DNA from: a virus
Taxonomy: Duplodnaviria; Caudoviricetes
Virus record (IMG/VR): IMGVR_UViG_3300028624_000004
Location: 32,001-96,000 of that record
Length of the DNA: 64,000 nt
Strand: one strand, 5' to 3'
Both the position numbers and the translations under genes were made by a program. The notes beneath the pieces were generated by a model that worked only from the letters and a program-made list of their open reading frames with translations, searched no databases and was not told the DNA's origin. Below, one piece after another: positions 58,889-64,000 of this stretch (the first letter of the stretch is position 1; every line of letters begins with the position of its first letter).

Positions 58889-59667
58889 TGAGCTTTTCTT
58901 TTCCTAATATTTCCAACTCTTATAGAATAAGAGGAACTAATAACAGTTTCGGAAACGGTTGGCAACAGGGAACCTTTATGGCATGGGCTAGATTCAGAGA
59001 TTTGAATGCCGATTGTTGTTTGTTTCATATTGGCAGTGCTTTTGAGGGGGGAACTCCTATCTTGTTTTGGAGAGATGATATATCTGCTTCTCCAACTGGA
59101 TATTCAAACTGTTTAGCGTTTATGGTAACATGTGGTGGAACAGAGGTAAGATCAGTTAGTTCTACAAACTCGATAAATACTACCTCGGATTGGTTTCATA
59201 TAGCTGGATCTTTTAACACCACATCATCCACAACAGATGACAGAAAACCTAGAATATACATAAACGGCGATTATAATGTTGCCAGTACCCTCCCGGCAAA
59301 CCATACACAAAACTCATCATTATCAAATACAACCACGCCACTTTCAATTGCAAGACCAAATGGATATTTAGCAGCACGTCATATATATGGTTGGATGGAG
59401 GATATAAGAGTATATGATAGGCAACTCTCTGCTGATGAAATTAGAACTATTTACAAGTCCCAAGGAAAAGACAGTATAGTAGATGGTCTTGTTGTAAGAA
59501 CCATGAGCAACCTTGGACCAAGTGGTATTGATGTTCCTGCTACTGTTCCCGATATATCCCCACCTAAAACAAATCTTATTACTGAAAAAGCAGCAGCGGG
59601 AAATTTACTAATAGATGACCAATTTACTCTTTCGGCAAAAAGAACTCCAATACACATGAGGAAATAA
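58888..59667 (+). CDS. LamG / concanavalin A-like lectin domain protein (probable start 58888 by TAATG coupling)
   Basis: TFMAW, WFHIAGSF, RIYING and GWMEDIRVYDRQLSADEI..IY. Confidence 0.8.
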   Translation: MSFSFPNISNSYRIRGTNNSFGNGWQQGTFMAWARFRDLNADCCLFHIGSAFEGGTPILFWRDDISASPTGYSNCLAFMVTCGGTEVRSVSSTNSINTTSDWFHIAGSFNTTSSTTDDRKPRIYINGDYNVASTLPANHTQNSSLSNTTTPLSIARPNGYLAARHIYGWMEDIRVYDRQLSADEIRTIYKSQGKDSIVDGLVVRTMSNLGPSGIDVPATVPDISPPKTNLITEKAAAGNLLIDDQFTLSAKRTPIHMRK

Positions 59668-59668
59668 A

Positions 59669-60136
59669 ATGTTAGTATCTGCTTTACATAAATCAACTCT
59701 TAAATTTGTTTCATCAGTCAACGAAGTAAAAGTTTCCAACGAAGAATGGATAATAAATCCGGATTTAAGTGCCGTCGAAGGCGTTGATAAATCTCTTTGG
59801 GTGATAGAAGGTAATACAGTTAGGCAAAAAAATCAAGACGAGCTAAATGCCATATTAGAAGAACAAAAACAGAATCTAATAAACAGGATTTACGATCTAT
59901 ATCAAGAATGTGAGATTTTTAATATAACTCCTGCGGGAGCCATACAGTTGGCAGAATGGTGCGCTTATGGTAGACCAAAAGCAATGGCAGATCGTCAATG
60001 GATAATTGATCTATACGACGAAAGAGACGCTAAGCTTGATTTAGTGGAGGCTGGTGATCTAAGCGTAGATCCACATCCGTCAACCCCAATAAAACCATTT
60101 TCTTTTAGAGAGCTAAAAGAAGAAAATGATAAATAG
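59669..60136 (+). CDS. Hypothetical protein, possible fibre assembly chaperone
   Basis: Follows the fibre and lectin genes; WIINPDLSAV and a helical C-terminus. Confidence 0.4.
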   Translation: MLVSALHKSTLKFVSSVNEVKVSNEEWIINPDLSAVEGVDKSLWVIEGNTVRQKNQDELNAILEEQKQNLINRIYDLYQECEIFNITPAGAIQLAEWCAYGRPKAMADRQWIIDLYDERDAKLDLVEAGDLSVDPHPSTPIKPFSFRELKEENDK

Positions 60137-60155
60137 AAGAATATAGGAGTTACTT

Positions 60156-61034
60156 ATGGCAGGCTGGAAAGATTTTGCATTTGAGTGGCGTAAACGCGGA
60201 GATGCTTATCCGTTAGCCACAACTGACCATGTTGCTATATACTGCGACTCGTCAGACACTCTTCATACTATAGATGACATTGGCGCTCCTGCCAACCATC
60301 GGGTTGGTCATATGGAAATAACGGCTGGATCTACAAGCTGGCGTGGCATGCCAACCAATGAGGCGTGGGGATCTGATGCCTTGACAAGTAACACTTCCGG
60401 TGAATTCAATACTGCTGTTGGGTATTGGTCAATGTATTCCAACGAAACAGGATCTAATAACACAGCAGTGGGTTTCTTTACTTTATATAATAATACCACA
60501 GGAACAGATAATGTCGCTGCTGGTAGTGCTGCATTGGGAAATAATACCACTGGATCTTACAATGTTGCTATAGGTTCTAGTGCAGCATTGTCAATGGAAA
60601 CGGGATCTGGAAATGTCGCTATTGGCTCATTATCATTATATCTAAACACGGAAGGTAACTTTAATGTCTCCGTAGGAGAAGGGTCTTTAACCAATAATAT
60701 ATCCGGATCAAACAATGTTTGTATTGGAAATAATGCTGGTTACAATGAACAGGGATCAAACAGGCTTTATATTGATTCCAACACGATAACCACAGGAACT
60801 TCAGCAGATGCGTTGATATATGGTGAATTTGACACTAAGTATGTCAGAATTGGTGGTGATGTGGATGTTGCGGGCGATCTGACCAGCAACAGCAACTCAG
60901 TCATTACAAGAGTTGCGGTTCCGCTAACTAACTCTTCACCTGGGGTTCCAAATACTATAGCAATAGACACGACACATCTATATATCTGTATTGGTGTAAA
61001 TTCTTGGAAGAGAGTATCACTTTCTACTTTCTAA
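60156..61034 (+). CDS. Fibre protein with 14-residue N(T/V)A(V/I)G beta-roll repeats (YadA-head-like)
   Basis: NTAVG, NVAAG and NVAIG repeats; C-terminal D..HLYIC...NSWKRVSLSTF. Confidence 0.75.
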   Translation: MAGWKDFAFEWRKRGDAYPLATTDHVAIYCDSSDTLHTIDDIGAPANHRVGHMEITAGSTSWRGMPTNEAWGSDALTSNTSGEFNTAVGYWSMYSNETGSNNTAVGFFTLYNNTTGTDNVAAGSAALGNNTTGSYNVAIGSSAALSMETGSGNVAIGSLSLYLNTEGNFNVSVGEGSLTNNISGSNNVCIGNNAGYNEQGSNRLYIDSNTITTGTSADALIYGEFDTKYVRIGGDVDVAGDLTSNSNSVITRVAVPLTNSSPGVPNTIAIDTTHLYICIGVNSWKRVSLSTF

Positions 61035-61074
61035 TAAGTATTTTTGATAAATAAGCATAGTAGGTCATCCTTCT

Positions 61075-62201
61075 ATGCCATATACATTAGAGTATAATGA
61101 AAAACCTGTAGTAAAAACACCAACCGCTAATATATCTATTAACGGATTACAGTCTTGGATAGGTGATCCGTCAAATCAAACTGTTGGATTAGAAGCCTTT
61201 ACCAGTAGCATGGGGCATGGGAAGTACAATACTGCTTTCGGCACATTTACTCTTAAGGTACTTAAAGACGGTGATTATAATGTCGGTATAGGTTACAATG
61301 TCTTAAATAATGTTACAGACCATAGTTATAACATTGGAATTGGAACAAATATATCAATAGTAGGATTTATTACAAATATAGTAGCGGTTGGTCATGGCGT
61401 TGAGGTAGACCAGAGCAATACTATTAAATTTGGATCTGCGGACCACCCATACGAAAGATTACTTGTTCATACACCCGGTGGTGTAGTAGATGTCTTACAA
61501 ACAGCCGTCAGTTCATCAAATGTTCTTACGAGTAACAATGGGTCAATTGTTGTTACGCCGATTTCTGGTGGATATGATATAGCAGTCGCAGTTGCTCCTA
61601 CGCCGCTTTCTATTACCTCGTTTACAGGCGGTGGAACATACGAAATAGGCACAACAATCAATTCTGTTGTCTTGAATTGGGCATATAATTATGCCCCAGA
61701 CACGTCGCAGTCAATAAACAACAGCATAGGCTCTCTAAGCCTGCCTTTGAGAACATATACCTACACAACACCATTTACCTCGGCTAAAACATTTACTTTA
61801 TCTGCTGTCGATAGTGCTCGTGGAAGTGCCTCTGCAAATACTTCAGTTTCATTTTTAAATAGAAGATACTGGGGAGTAACTACGGCTGCTATTATGACTT
61901 CTGCTGACATAACAGCAGGCAGTAGCGAATTAAGTAGCGTCATATCAAAAAACATAAGTTACGATTGCACGGGAGGAAGATACTTCTTTTACGCCTTCCC
62001 AGCTTCTTTTGGAAACTTATCAACCATAAACACTAAAGTGAATAATCTTTCATTTTCCGATTGGTCAGACAATGCTGGCGGATCGACAACAAGTGGCTTT
62101 CAGTTGAGCGTAACAAATGGAAGTGGTTATACAGCTACGTATAATGTGTATAGATCCTTTAATCTGCAAAACGGAAGCTATATACCAACGGAGATGAGAT
62201 A

Positions 62202-62202
<1 letters not shown>
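61075..62202 (+). CDS. Fibre/decoration protein (beta-roll repeats plus a domain paralogous to 43240..44190)
   Basis: YNTAFG/YNVGIG repeats; [34 protein letters not shown]. Confidence 0.65.

Positions 62203-64000
<1,798 letters not shown>

Overview
This window is the virion morphogenesis region of a large, AT-rich T4-like myophage using the standard genetic code, with nearly all genes on the + strand. Bases 1.4-28.6 kb hold the core structural genes in a rearranged order. The head block comes first (portal gp20, gp67-like, protease gp21, scaffold gp22, major capsid gp23). It is followed by neck gp13/gp14, a gp15 fused to PKD and DUF285/BspA-like repeats, terminase gp16/gp17, sheath gp18, two gp19-fold genes, gp26/gp51-like chaperones, tape measure, and gp48-, gp53-, gp27- and gp3-like genes. 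Bases 30-51 kb are accessory. They include two paralogous poly-serine/Cys-rich proteins, a CxxC membrane protein, a glycan-building cluster (GT4-like, WbdD-like methyltransferase-kinase, GT32-like, FkbM), a host-like secreted protein, GMP reductase, another methyltransferase and an intein-containing GT4. Bases 43-64 kb encode fibre/decoration proteins, including Gly-X-Thr collagens. Four free-standing homing-endonuclease-like genes are interspersed. The most interesting inferred system is phage-encoded virion O-glycosylation with capped glycans (Ser tracts and Thr-collagens as acceptors), possibly with a dedicated disulfide-forming helper. There are also two candidate recoding sites: a G/GT-type -1 frameshift between the gp26-like and gp51-like genes, and a +1 shift or single-base error at the start of gp15. 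I saw no tRNA, rRNA or CRISPR array. Family assignments come from motif recognition, not database searches.
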